Shown here: one piece after another, positions 1 through 16,361 of the stretch
Layout: each line of letters starts with the position of its first letter
Numbering within the stretch: the stretch's first letter is position 1
Source: Octopus sinensis
Taxonomy: Eukaryota
Direction of reading: 5' to 3'
Assembly: GCF_006345805.1 (NCBI RefSeq)
Contig: NC_043011.1
Span: 65,484,464-65,548,463 of the forward strand
Length of the DNA stretch: 64,000 bases
The notes under the pieces: model-generated
What the model was told of the DNA's origin: nothing
The model's input: the letters and a program-made list of their open reading frames with translations, nothing else
Database searches by the model: none
Program-made: the position numbers and the translations under genes

Positions 1-168
1 GATAAATATTTAAGGTGATAAAAAGGAGGACACAAATAAATTTTGATGCATGTATTATGATAATTCTACAGTTGAAATGCTACAAAGATAGATTTCCAGA
101 TACATATAATCATTGGTATTTTAGATGTTACGAACGAAACTAATGGAATAATTAAGATACATACTTAC

Positions 169-208
169 TAACAAGAAGTAAAAAAATGAATAGGTAAAAC
201 TTGCTCAT
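169..208 (-). CDS. First coding exon (signal-peptide-like, MSKFYLFIFLLLV) of paralogue '0' of the tandem Cys-rich gene family; rest of gene lies left of the window
   Basis: ATG at 208-206, 13 mostly hydrophobic codons plus 1 nt, then a GTAAGT donor (phase 1). Region 50-440 aligns with 25380-25780 (shared tgtattatg...aaagatagat, tacttact, gaagtcatctgca, gta(t)catgtaacacatgttt), where an equivalent ATG-hydrophobic-phase-1 exon sits. Confidence 0.6.
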
Positions 209-507
209 CCCGTTGTCTCTCTATTAATAAATGCGACCAGTTAGAAGTCATCTGCAAATAGTTTCATCTTAAATAACTACGTATCATGTAACACATGTTT
301 TGCATTAAATATAAGTACACGTTAACAGTAATTATATTTTTTCTCCTGCAGTAATATATTTGACATGGACACATTTATATGTGATATTTAAAAGAATTTA
401 TCTACATATCCTGCTTTTGTTGTGCACAACTACTTATTAAAAAGAATTGTTGGGTCAACATCATCATTTTCAGACGTACCATGTGCCACATCCCACTATC
501 CACATTT

Positions 508-744
508 ACCTATTTCTTTACTACACACAAGGGGCTAAACACAGTGAGGACAAACAAAGACTGACAAACGGATTAAGTCGATTATATCGCCCCCAGTGCG
601 TAACTGGTACTTATTTAATCGAACCCGAAAGGATGAAAGGTTAAGTCGACCTCAGTGGAATTTGAACTCAGAATGCAGCGACAGACGAAAATACTGCAAC
701 GCATTTCGCCCGACGTGCTAACGTTTCTGCCAGCTCGCCGCCTT
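508..744 (-). mobile_element. tRNA-derived SINE (octopus-type), near full length
   Basis: Minus strand reads AAGGCGGCGAGCTGGCAGAAACGTTAGCA..., a B-box-like GAGTTCAAATTCC, a GGTCGAC-TTAACCTTTCATCCTTTCGG core and a TTTAGCCCC...AAAGAAATAGGT tail. Same family as 16139-16361. Confidence 0.85.
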
Positions 745-1101
745 CTTTTGACATTTATCATTCGAGTTAGTTTTTATAGAATTTGATAAAGAGACCGTCA
801 GACGTTTGTGGTTGATAGTATCTCCGAATCAGAAATTCCCGATTTCTTTCGTCTTTTCGTAAGATGGACATGAACGCCATTCCTCTATTTGGCCGGCTTC
901 AAAAATTGTTAAAATCTTAAAATATTTTACTTTAGTTCGACATGACATGTGCTTTGTGTCTGAAGAATATGTCTGAGTTCTCTGAACACAAGAAAATATT
1001 GGTAGCGCTTTAATACATACAACATGATCTTAAATATTATTTCTCTATCACCAGATGGAGAACTTTATTTGTTGAATTTTCTTCACAGATCACTGAATTT
1101 T

Positions 1102-1257
<156 letters not shown>

Positions 1258-1711
1258 GTGCATTTTTCCCTTGTTAACAGTTGACACGGAAAAAAAAGAT
1301 AAATAGTTACCAGGTTAGCAAAAAAATCACACAAGTAAAAAGGTTGTAACGCCTTGTTTTTAAATGTAGAAACTTCGGGTTTATGTGTAATATTTTGTAT
1401 AATATATAAAAATAAATAAATGGATTTAAACGCAGGTGTTATTCAAATTCTTTTAATTGCCACACCTGTTTCGAAGATAGTATTGAGAAAAGGTCGTCAG
1501 AATTTTGTAAAGAACCTTTTTAATTTTTTAAAATGATATCTTCATTTTCATATAGCGCTTTCGTTCGTATTTCGAATTTGTCAAATATAATGCTGTGAAT
1601 ATACAGATATATCGCTGATTTATATAAATCAGATGTTTTGGGGATATTTATTTATAAGAGAACATTGTTTTTTTTGGCTTTTTGGGGTGAGGCTTTGAAG
1701 ACAATAGAAGA

Positions 1712-1726
1712 TGGATAGATAGATAA

Positions 1727-1789
<63 letters not shown>

Positions 1790-1850
1790 GATAGATAGAC
1801 AGATAGACAGATAGATAGATCGATCGATCGGAATATAGATAGATAGATAG
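1712..1850. repeat. (TAGA)n tetranucleotide microsatellite
   Basis: Directly visible. Confidence 0.95.
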
Positions 1851-1924
1851 TCAGACAGAGAGAAAGGAGGGTAGGGTAAAAGAGGGAGAGAAGGGCTATT
1901 CACTTTCCTATCCACCACAGGTTA

Positions 1925-2340
1925 CTTCGGGGAACAGATTGCTTATGCTTTGAAATTACGTGTGCTGCCCTTCGCAATATAGCCATTTTGCAAGATCTAC
2001 GAGTCTTTCAATAACATAATCATTATGTGCTTCTAACTTGTCATATGTTATTGTATCAGGTCGTATGGATTCACCCTTCGTAGATTTTTTTAATTCCGTA
2101 TTTTTCATAGCTTGTCCCACATCAGGCTTTGAAAATCTTGGGTTCATTAAGTTGAATCATGGGGGCTTTTGTGGTTTTCATACCCTAGATGACGTCTAAT
2201 TTTCATCTGAAAAGGTGTCCTTTGCTGAAATGCATCCCACTTTGGAAATTGTTACTTGATTATCTGTAATTTCTTCACCCATTTTCCCTTGATTTTTAAG
2301 TTGATTCACCCGATTTCATAATACCTTACCTTCAGCAAAC
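1925..2340 (-). mobile_element. Old non-LTR retrotransposon RT N-terminal fragment
   Basis: ORF 1956-2147 (ELKKSTKGESIRPDTITYDKLEAHNDYVIERLVDL) resembles the LINE RT domain-0 motif K..K.PGPDGI..E.LK....VI..L..L. Confidence 0.6.
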
Positions 2341-2859
2341 ATTATATAATTACGGTGTGTGTAAGCTTCTTTGTGTACATGTGTGTGTCTGTGAGTGTAT
2401 GTGTGTGTGTGTCTGTTAGTGTGTGTGTGTGTGTGTGTGCGTGTGCTCTTGTCATCGTGTGTGCGAGAGCTTTTGCATCAATACTGTCGCTTTTTCTGGT
2501 GATTCTAAATGTACAAATGGTTATGAAAAGAAAACATGCAAATCACCAGAATTGAAGGTTCGCCCGACTTTAAGACAAACCTCCTTGATTTAGTAACCAG
2601 TTTTAACATCCATATTTACTATAATACATTTCAAGTCAAACTAAAATCACATTAAAATCTGAGATTAAAAATTTTAAGAATAGGGTCCTCTGTTCGGATC
2701 AGACGAAAATGTGCAATGCCATTAATGGTCCACATGTGTTGGGGAATGACTCCATGCTCAAGAAACAAAATAACGTTTCTGTCGAGCTATACATTGATAT
2801 TAACAATGTGCTTATTTCCTCTTGAAATATAGTGATATTGATTTCAAATTTTGGAGGAG

Positions 2860-3010
2860 GGTTAAGTATTTTAGATCGAACCCAGTGCTTAACTGGTATA
2901 TATCTTATCGACTCTGGAGGGTGAAATCAACAGTCCACCTCGGAGGAATTTGAATTTAGAAAGGGATGTCGGATAAAATACCGCTAAGCATTTTGACCGG
3001 TGTACTGATA
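2860..3010 (-). mobile_element. Degenerate tRNA-SINE fragment (same family as 508-744)
   Basis: cccagtgcttaactggta...atcgac...cacctcgg-ggaatttgaa...accgctaagcatttt matches the SINE core in reverse. Confidence 0.65.
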
Positions 3011-3049
3011 TTGAAAATTTTTTTCACATATCAATCGAGCACCATCATA

Positions 3050-4660
3050 CATGAAAGAATATACTTCTCATTATCAAGTGCACAGCATTGGAGCATCTGT
3101 TATCGATGAATTGTTTGATCTCTCGTTGTATTGCAATGTAGTCCTGACGTTACCGATCCCGTACGTCTGTTTATATTAAATACAATAAGAGCCGTGATAC
3201 CACAGTTCGAGAATGAACTATACCGGGTCGATGAGTTGAGAATAGGTCTTGGCTGTGATGATCACACTCCAGCTAAATTTGGAAAAGATCCATTGATACA
3301 TTTAGTAAATTAGATACTGAAATCACTGTTGCCACTAATGTGACCAATATGATGTTTTAGATTTTACACTAGATTTCGATTTGCGCTCGAATCAACATTG
3401 CCAAATAAAAGAGGAAATTCTCCTATTTATAGAAATAGTTCCTCACAGACCCATAGTCAATAGTGTTTAAATTATGTTAGCTAACATCAGTATTAGGCTA
3501 TCAAAAACTCTCCTTCTCAAGAAACGATGGATTAGATAATCTATTACACTTGAGATGCTGTAGCCAATAGCGGTTTCAAACATAAGATATATTACAACCC
3601 TTGAAGTAAATGAATGCCACTTAAGACTAGATATGTATTAGACTAAGGAAAAATGTGTGATTCACTCATTTCTCACTAAAAGTCAAAACTAATCTAGGAA
3701 GTTGCTCCCACATTTAGATAAGCAAGTTCATGTAAACCATAAAAACTGGAAGATATTTTTATAGATGCTGTATTAAAATATTATACAGCTACTGGTGTGA
3801 GTAATGAAAATTATTGCTCGTAAGCACAGCTGAGAGAGCACTCTTATTTGTGACGGTCGACACACTGAAGCTTGCCCACTTCACATGAAGCGTATGATGA
3901 TCTCTTTTGTATATGAGGAACAAATCACAACAAAGTTTCAACGTAATGTAACAGGGAAGGAAAATTATATCAGTTTCTGCAAAGGCAATTTTATGAAATT
4001 GTATACAAACCACCAGTCTATTTTAAGGTATATCGAGGAAAATACAGTCACTATGTCGGTGAATTCCGTTTCATGTTTGAAAGCCAACTGCACTCGTATG
4101 ATCAAGTTGATACTCACACTGAAATGCATGCGACTAGTAAACAGATCTAATAAAGCTAAAAGCAACGTGGCTGAAACATCGCTCATTCTATTTAGATCTA
4201 AGAATTCCAAAGTACGTCTTAATTGTCGAAAGTTCTGGGAGACCGGCAACCTGCAAAACTGGGGAAAACAGCGCAGATTCGTACAAATAAGAAGGGAAAT
4301 GTTCCAATTATCATCGGCGATTTATCAGAATTGGAGCAGATTAATTACGGTTCAATTCAGCCATTATCACTGCTAAGCTTGTACCGAAACTACTTTCAGC
4401 TGACCAAAAGTTCACACAGATTTCAGTAGAACAACATCTCTTGGATTGTGTCTAGAATGATAAAGACTATTGCGTAGGCCGCTGAGCTGGAACTTCAAAG
4501 CTTTTGGCATAATTTGATGAAGATTCTCAGCACAACATTCTCTGCCAATATCAATGGACGATCACACATTGCACACGTTACTTCCAAGAGCTGCTGCAGA
4601 CAACGGAATTGCCTTGCAGCATTAGAATTTACAGCACGTGCATAACAGGTTGCTTTACCT
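3050..4660 (-). pseudogene. Coding-like, stop-riddled segments; possibly downstream exons of paralogue A
   Basis: Higher GC than flanks; long stretches with few stops; Cys motifs on the minus strand (FAGC, NCLCRN, ECSLSC); weak nucleotide similarity of 3850-4215 to 37456-37740. Strand and frame are not resolved. Confidence 0.3.
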
Positions 4661-4724
4661 TCGATACAGAGCTAACCGTCTTGAAACATATTGATCAGAA
4701 CACGCATATACAAATACGTGCACA

Positions 4725-5990
4725 TATTCTCTTCTTATAGAAAATGGCATACGGCGGGCTATAAAAATACCCATACAACAATTTAGGACAACCCAAGGAA
4801 GAGGACAACAAGAACAAGTCATACCATTCATAGTGACACACAACCCATGTCACCAGAATACCTTCAACATTGCCAAAGCAAACCTACCAATCATTGCCCA
4901 AAGTAATGACTTAAAAGGCATAATCACGGATCGAGCTATGGTGCTTAGTAAAAGACAGCCTGAAAACTTGAAAACATTACTAACAAAGGCAAAAGTTGAC
5001 CTCAGCAACAAAGACCAAACATTCACTGTATCTAAATGCAATGATAGTCGATGTGGCACATGCCAATTCATACATACCGGCCAATATATAAACACAAAAA
5101 CCGGGAAAATATTCACAAACGCGAATATGAACTGCAAAAGCAGAAATTTAATTTACTGCATCAAATGCCCAAATTGTGAAGAAATATATGTAGGTCAGAC
5201 GGGAAACGCCCTATCAGAACGCTCACGTGTACACCGACAACAGATTAGAGACCCAGAGGTCCGTCAGATACCTTTGAGTATCCACCTAGCAACATGTGGC
5301 CGGAAAATATATATAATATTTCCATTCTACAAATTACACAGCCCAAGTGAAATCGAGAGGAAAATCAGAGAAAAGAATTTTATTGATAAATTCGAACCCA
5401 AGCGAAATAAGCAATAATAATAATACTTAGATAGCAGGGAAATTATCTTATTTAGGGTTAAAAGTTCTATTGCCACCACCATCACCACTAGCAACAATAA
5501 TTAAGGTGCTGACAATGATGATGATGACAATTGAAATATAAAAATATAAAAATCTGTGACAAAGGCTATTTACAACATTACTAAAAATAGCCAAACAATT
5601 ACTGCTTCGGCCAGGGTCAAGATACAGGACTCTTGACATGTCCAACAAAGCGTGACGCCTAAACCAATCAGCTCAACCAACCAATCAGCTTAAGTAATTG
5701 AGTGATACTACACACTGATTGGTCAAAATACAGTTTGCAAAACCTAGCATCTGGACCCTACCCAACTGGATTTATAGCACAGAATCAATCATCTTGCTAC
5801 AGTCAAAAATTGTGAAGCATGACTGTCACCACTACTACATGAACCTGAAGATTGCCGAATTTAATGCATGAACGTACTAGTTCAATCAGAATGAACATTT
5901 AACATTCTATTATTTTATATTATTTTTTTATATTATCTTATATCATTATAGGATTGTAAATAAAACGTGAAAATCAGACAAGGTCGGAAT
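4725..5990 (+). mobile_element. Penelope-like element, 5'-truncated: RT thumb end, GIY-YIG endonuclease and pLTR
   Basis: LIENGIRRAIKIP...IPFIVTHNP thumb, C-x2-C linker, NLIYCIKC...YVGQTG...R..H GIY-YIG motif (ORF 4833-5417). The 3' region has three CCAAT boxes and a hammerhead-like motif at 5839-5886. Confidence 0.9.
5839..5886 (+). ncRNA. Minimal type I hammerhead ribozyme remnant in Penelope pLTR
   Basis: Stem I ATGAAC/GTTCA(A)T; core CTGAAGA; stem II TGC/GCA; GAA-C (A15.1 changed to C); palindromic GTAC loop; TA cleavage triplet end. Confidence 0.65.
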
Positions 5991-6051
5991 TATTTTTATT
6001 AATATATTCTTCTATACACAATCACACACACCCGTATATATATCTATATCC

Positions 6052-6109
<58 letters not shown>

Positions 6110-6110
<1 letters not shown>

Positions 6111-8948
6111 AAGGTAGAGTTTTACAGCCTGCTTGATAGCATTCTCTCTACCCTCCCAAAGGACGAAAAGATCATTCGCTTGGGAGATTTCAAAGCCAGA
6201 GTTGGGAGAGATCGTGAACTCTGGACAGGAACCATCGGAAAGGAAGGAATGGGAAAAGTCAATGCCAATGGAACTCTGCTACTCACCAAATGTGCTGAAT
6301 ATAACCTGGTGATAACTAACAGCCTTTTTCGCCAGAAGAATCGATATAAGGTCTCATGGCAGCATCCAAGATCTAAAAAATGGCATCTCATCGAAGATAT
6401 CATCGTGAGATCTCGAGACCAGCAAGATCTGTTGCTCACCAGAGCCACCACTGGAGCAGATGAGTGCTGGACAGATCATCGCCTCATCGCCTCCACCATG
6501 AAAATCAAACTCCGACCAAAAGTCAAATATCACAGCAAGGAAAGCAGAGTAAAGAAATTCAACATCGAAGCACTGCAAGACCCAAAAGCTCGTGTCGCTT
6601 TCCAGCTGCGCCTACAGTTCAATCTTCAAAATAAGACTCCAAATAATCTCGTCGAAGAAAATTGGAACCATCTGAAAGAAACCATCATCACCGCTTGCGA
6701 AGAAACCATCGGTCGCAAGAAAAGGAAACACCAGGACTGGTTCGACGACAATGATGAAACTCTCAAAGAACTGATCGACCAAAAACGGAAAGCTTTCATC
6801 AGCTCACAGAATGATCCAAAGTCTGCCACTAAACGAGAGTCTTTCAAGAAGTGCAAAGCCGCAGTTCAAAGGACAACCCGTACCCTGAAGAACCAGTGGT
6901 GGGGACACAAATCTCGTGAAATCCAGCAGCTAGCAGATGTAAACGACACCAGAGTGTTCTTCAAAGCCACGAAAGAGATATACGGACCTTCCACACATGG
7001 ACAGGCTCCTCTGAAGAGTAAAGACGGAGCAACCATCCTGAAACGCAACACCGAAATAGGAGACAGATGGAGAGAACACTTCGATGACCTCCTCAGTCAC
7101 AAGGCTACCATCGACAAAAGCATACATGACATGATTCCTAAAGAGGCCAAAGATAACTCTCAAGCTCGAATTCCATCCCTCGAAGAGGTAAAAATTGCTA
7201 TCACAGCGATGAAGAACAACAAAGCCGCGGCTCCTGAGGGAATCCCAGCTGAGATCTACAAACTGGGAGGTGATTTTGTGCAACACAAGCTCCACCAAAT
7301 CTTGGTCAAAATCTGGACAAATAAAGTTGTACCATCCGACTTCAGGGATGCTAACATCATTACCATTTACAAACGAAAGGGCGATCGTTCTAAGTGTGGA
7401 AATTACCGGGGTATTTTCTTATTAGCAACTGCTGGGAAGATTTTTGCACGCATCCTGAACAACCGCCTCAAAACGCTGTCAGAGAGGATCCTTCCTGAGA
7501 CGCAGACCGGCTTTAGGCCATAACGAAGCACAACCGACATGATCTTCACGCTGCGACAGCTACAAGAAAAATGTCGTGAGCAACACCAACCGCTCTATTT
7601 GGCCTTTATCGAGCTATCCAAAGCCTTTGATCGTGTCTCGCGATAACTCCTCTGGGATATTCTCGTCCAGTATTGATGCCCAGATAAGTTCATCCCGATC
7701 CTCAAACTCCTCCACGACAATATGCACGCCAGAGTCCAGACCGACGGAGGCAGTTCTGAGCCCTTTAAAGTCACCTCCGGAGTGAAGCAAGGCTGCGTGA
7801 TAGCCCCAACTCTCTTTACCATCTTTATCGCGACAGTGTTGTACATCATACGAGATGACCTTCCACCTGGCATCGAGATCTCGTACAGAATAAACGGCAA
7901 GCTTTTCAACCTCGCTCACCTCAAAAGTACGTCAACGACAATGGCGCTAAGCTTGCTAGAGTCCCTATATGCCGACGACAACAGTGTAGCAGCTTACAGA
8001 AAGGCTCACCTCCAACAGATCCTAAATGCTTTTCGTCATGCATATACTAAACTTGGACTGAGCATCAACATCAAGAAGACTCACTTACTCTACTAACCTC
8101 CTCCCAATGCCCGTGTTGACAACTCGCCATCGATTCAACTCGAAAAAATTCCACTGGAAAATGTGAAGCATTTCTGCTACATTGGGAGCCATCTGTCAGC
8201 AAAAGTAGACCTCAGCGATGAAATCAAACACCGTCTGAAGTGTGCAGGAACAGCTTTCGGCAACCTTCGAACATGAGTTTTTGCTGATCGGGACATCCGA
8301 ACCGAAAACAAACTCATAGTGTACAGGGCAGTCATTATTCCAACCCTCCTTTACGCATCCGAAACCTGGACCCCGTATAGTCACCACTTGAAAACGCTCG
8401 AGAAATTTCACCAACGCTGTCTTCGGAAGATCCTTAACATCACCTGGGAAGTCAGAAGAACTAATGTCAGCGTGCAAAAATGACCAGCATCGGAGCCTAT
8501 GTCATCAAAGGCCAACTAAGATGGAGCGGCCACGTGGTTAGAATGACTGACGAACGACTTCCCAAACAGATCTTCTACTCCCAACTCAAACACGGCAAGC
8601 GTACAAAAGCAGGCCAGAAGAAACGCTACAAGGACTCCCTGAAAACGAACCTCAAAAATTGTGACAACGACTTCACAAACTTGGAGAAAACGGCAAAAAA
8701 CGGACCACACTGGAAAACCACAATCCATGAGGGAACGGTGACTTTCGAGTCGAAAAGATCTGTAGAACTGGAGGAGAAAAGACGAGGACGGAAGGAGCTT
8801 TAACAACAACCACGTGCGACTCTCCCTTTCGGCAGTAGATGTCCGCACTGAGACCGATCTTTTCAAGCAAGAATTGGTCTTATCGGTCACCTACGGACTC
8901 ACCAGTAAATTTGCGCGAAGACCATCATCTTCGAACTTGAGGGATTGC
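6110..8948 (+). mobile_element. RTE-clade (BovB-like) LINE, 5'-truncated within the AP endonuclease, with stops and frameshifts
   Basis: ORFs 6078-7523, 7722-8096 and 8480-8803 carry LGDF.ARVG, TDHRL, NYRGI, GVKQGC..APTLF, LYADD and LRWSGHV.RM...R.PKQ. The 3' end is catcatcttcg...gagggattgcc. It sits between (TG)n and (TA)n. Confidence 0.95.
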
Positions 8949-8989
8949 CCACATATATATATATAAATATATGTTAATAATAATAATAC

Positions 8990-9097
<108 letters not shown>

Positions 9098-12000
9098 GCC
9101 ATATATTTCCCCACAGATAAATCTAGCACTGTACAAACATACTTAAACTGGAGACAGAAACACCCTGAAGCAAGACCCTACATAGACAGTAACAAACTTG
9201 CCAACGTCAGAAGAAACATTATAAAAAAGAATTAGTGACTGAAGTAGAGATTGATCAAGTTAGACAAGCAATATCGGATAAAATGAACGAAGCTGCAGCT
9301 AGGGAAGATAATATAGAGGAAATAATTATAGACCAGCCCAGGGCTGATAAAAACGAAGTAAGGATTGAAAGAGTTAGTATAAGTCATAAGCAAAGTGAAA
9401 TACTCCCTGAACCAATCATAATCATGATTGAATGGCTGAAAATTAAAGAAACCATCGTGGAAGAACGCGATACAATCCTTAAAATCCGCAACTCTAAACA
9501 AAACATGAAAATAATTGGTAAAATCCGGCTTGCACTTAAGGATATAATTTCAGCTAATGATGTTGATATCACAAGTCGCAACCACCTATACTATGCATCC
9601 GCGAAAACCTCAACGATCCTATGTGGTGAAAAGATTAGAAAACAGCAACATTCCCACAAAAAGCCTTCTTGGCAAGAGCGTTTGCAACAAATTAAAGTAT
9701 TTAGATCTGACATTGAATATTTGAAACGCCTTAAGGTTCACAAGACTACCAAACCTACAAAAACCCAAAGCTTAATGAAAAAATAGAATATGAAAACTAT
9801 ACTTCATATTGATGCCACCATAGAAACCATCAAGCAAAAGGTATCTGCAAAAGCTGTCCGCATAGCGAGGTATGACGAGCGTGTAAGATTTTTCAAGGAC
9901 AACATGTTCAAAAATAACCCCAAAAAAGTTTTACAGGAAGATAGGAAAAACAGCAGTTACTGTAAGGTCTGTACCACCAAAAGAAGAAGTGCAGGGATTT
10001 TGGAATAAAATTTGGTCAGAAAAAAAAACACAACGAAAGGGCCCTAAGGATTAATAGAATATCTACAGAACTGGACTCCTTAGAAGAGCAAAAGTGGGAG
10101 GGTTTCACGGTAGAAGATATAAGATCTGCTCTCAGGAGGTCAAGCAAATGGAATTCTCCAGAAAAAATGAAATTCCTAACTTCTGGGTGAATGCCTCCCC
10201 CAGAACTTTACAATGTTGTAGGATGCCCCCTTGGCTAGTTAATGGTTTAACATTCCTGCTTCCAAAAAGTGAAGAAACAAATGAACCAAAAATCTATAGA
10301 CCCATAACCTGCTTAACAACTATGTATAAAACGCTAACATCTGTCCTGACGGAATATACTTATAGCTTTTTAACAGACTGGCGAATATTCCCTAATGCAC
10401 AGAAAGGATGTAAACGTGGATCCTACGGCTGTAAAGATCAACTACTCATCAATAAGGTGATCTTAGAAGATTGTCACAAACGACACAAAATCTTATCAAT
10501 AGACTGTATAGAGTATAAAAAGGCTTTTTATAGCCTACCACATAGCTGGATTAAGAAATGTCTGGAAATGTATAAGATAGCACCTACTCTGCGAAGCTTT
10601 TTGACTGTAAGTATGAGATCATGGAAAACCACAATAAAATTGAACAGTGACAATAAATCTCTAAATTCTGGTGATGTAAAAATTTCATGTGACATTTTCA
10701 AGGGTGACTCACTATCACAACTCCTCTTTTGTTTAGCCTTAATACCTCTCTCAAAACTGCTCAATGACGCGCATTACGGATATAAAGTGTTTGATAAAAA
10801 TATAAATCATCTCATTTATATGGATGATTTGAAGCTTTTTGCAAAAAATGACCAACAACTCAAGGGCTTACTAGCGATAGTCAAACAATTCAGTGACGAC
10901 ATCAGAATGCAATTTGGCCTCGATAAATGTGCAAAAGCTACTTTTATCAAAGGAAAAATGACAGAAACATCTAACGTTAACCTTGACCTGCAGAATGTCA
11001 TAAAAGAATTAGACCCAGCGGAAAACTACAAGTAGCTAGGGGTAATTGAAGGGGACGGGATAAGGCTTTCAGAGATGCAGGAAAGGATCAGGAGAGAATG
11101 TTATCGAAGAGTAAGAGCAATATTCAAAACAGAGCTGAATGCAAGAAACAGGATCGAAGCGATCGATGCATTAGCCATACCAGTCGTGACTTACAGTTTG
11201 AATATCGTTAACTGGTCAATTACTGAAATATGTAATCTTGACAGAAAAGTACGAAAAGCTTTGACAATGCATAGAATGCACCACCCTAAGGCAGATACAG
11301 ATCGATTTTATCTGCCAAGAAAAGAGGGAGGCCGTGGTCTTTTACAACTGGCAATAACAATGAAAATTGCTACAATTGGTCTAGACACCAACCGGAAAAT
11401 CTCTGAGGACTGGATGTTAAATCTTGTCTCAAAACATGAAAACAAGAAAGCATCATACTCAGTCACAAAACAGGCAAAGGAATATCTAAGTGAATTTCGA
11501 ATACAACAAATTTCGGAATTAGAGATAGACATACAAGAAACAAGCGCAGAAAAAGCTAAACGCATGGAAACCCGGGCTAAAACTGCGGCCTTAGATATTC
11601 TGAATGATAAATGGCAAGAATAACATCTCCATGGCACATACCCAATGAGAGCGAATAATGCAGATGTTGACAAAGCCCTGACACATCAATGGCTAATGGC
11701 CTCTGGCTTAAAATCTGAAACAGAGGGGTTTATCATAGCAGCTCAAGATCAATGCCTAACAACAAGAAACTACCAGGCCAACATATTAAAGAACGGCAGC
11801 TTCCCAATGTGTCGTGTATGCCGACAACAAAATGAAACCATTGACCATGTTGTCTCCAAATGCAGTCTTCTAGCGCCTACAGAGTACCTCAACAGGCATG
11901 ATAGAGCTGCGCAATATATTCACTGGGTAATTTGCAAAATCCTGGATTTGCCCCGTGAAAAAAAACTGGTGGGAACGCAAACCACCTCCAGTGCTTGCAA

Positions 12001-12570
12001 AATGACCACATCTCCCTTCTCTGGAACTTCACCATTCAAACTGACAGAAAGATAGATGCAAATAGGCCAGACATCATATTGAAATACTTCAGACAAAGAA
12101 CATGCCTCCTCATTGATATGACTGTCCCAATCGATATTAACGTATCTGTCAAGACCTACCAAAATCTGAGCAAATATAAAGATCTTGAAATAGAAATCAG
12201 TAAAATGTGGAACCTGAAGACTAAAACAATACCTGTTGTCATAGGTGCCCTGGGAATGATAGCGAAAGGGGCTGATTGCTACCTAACTCAGATACGAGGA
12301 TACCCCAAAATGGCAGAAGTTCAAAAGATAGTGCTCATGGGATCTGCTCATATCCTACGCAAAATACTCTCTATGTATTCTCAAGGTTGAAAACAAACAT
12401 TTAAAATAAAATTATTTATTAGACATTCACTAGTACAGCACCAAAAAAGCCCCGAATATATGGCACACTAGGCATAACAACAACGTGAACTTCTAACCTG
12501 TTGTCTCTTGAGGTCTCTGGGTGAGACTTGGAGCCAACTTGTACAAATATAAAGCAAAAGTCAAACATAG
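9098..12570 (+). mobile_element. Dong/R4-clade RLE retrotransposon, family A (5'-truncated, decayed)
   Basis: NKLANVRR N-terminal motif; RT (YRPITCL, QKGC..GSYGCKDQLLI, GDSLS, YMDDLKL); CRVC...ETIDHVVSKC zinc knuckle; NRPDI...IDMTVP...KYKDL RLE; 3' UTR then (TAA)n. Confidence 0.95.
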
Positions 12571-12581
12571 AATAATAATAC

Positions 12582-15563
<2,982 letters not shown>

Positions 15564-16138
15564 TAATAATAATAATAATAATAGTAATAAAACTATGGTA
15601 ACACAAGAATGAATGAATCATCGATATTATGTGAATAGAGGAATTTATCTATAAATATAATATAGGACAATCCTTTGCCATAATAATACTCAGAGTTTCA
15701 GACGCTGAGGCTGTCTAGTGCTTTTAGCCCCGTCATTAGAATCTCTTGAGTATTATTATGACAACCAACTGATTGTCGTATATTATAAATATATACATAT
15801 ATCCCTGAAATTCTAGGTCTTCCCACTTCACCATTGTTCGGCAAATACCAAAGAGAGAGAATGAACACAAATGACAGAAGTTTCGGTACGATATCCAATG
15901 CACTAGAGTTGGGAGAGATTGTAATAAGGTGAAATTGGCATGGGCAAAGCTGACTTCAGCTTCTTTACCGATGGCTGCCACGTTTCCTGTCCAATATATT
16001 GCCGCTGTAAAATTTTCTGGTCAACGTGTACTGTATATTATGAGGTAAACAATCATGTTGGCATTCAGTAAAATTCAAGCGAAACATCAATGGTAGTACT
16101 GAAATGCGACTTGTGCTTATATTTTATAAGTACGCCGC

Positions 16139-16361
16139 AGGCTGCGAGCTAGTAGAATCGTTAGCACGCCGGGTGAAATGCTTGGCAGTATTTTTTCTGC
16201 CGCTACGTTCAAATCCCGCCGAGGTCGACTTTGCCTTTCATCCTCTCGGGGTCGATAATTAAAGTATCAGTTTCCCACTATGGTCGATGTAATCGATTTA
16301 ATCCCTTTATCTGTACTTGTTTGTCCCTTCTATGTTTAGCCCCTTGTGGGCAATAAAGAAA
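16139..16361 (+). mobile_element. tRNA-derived SINE (octopus-type)
   Basis: GCGAGCTAGTAGAATCGTTAGCACGCCGGG...GTTCAAATCCCGCCGAGGTCGACTTTGCCTTTCATCC...TTTAGCCCCTTGTGGGCAATAAAGAAATA; paralogous to 508-744. Confidence 0.88.

Noticed and set aside
6122-8890. Minus-strand ORFs overlapping the RTE and Dong ORFs
   Set aside because: They are antisense shadows of retrotransposon coding sequence with no independent motifs.
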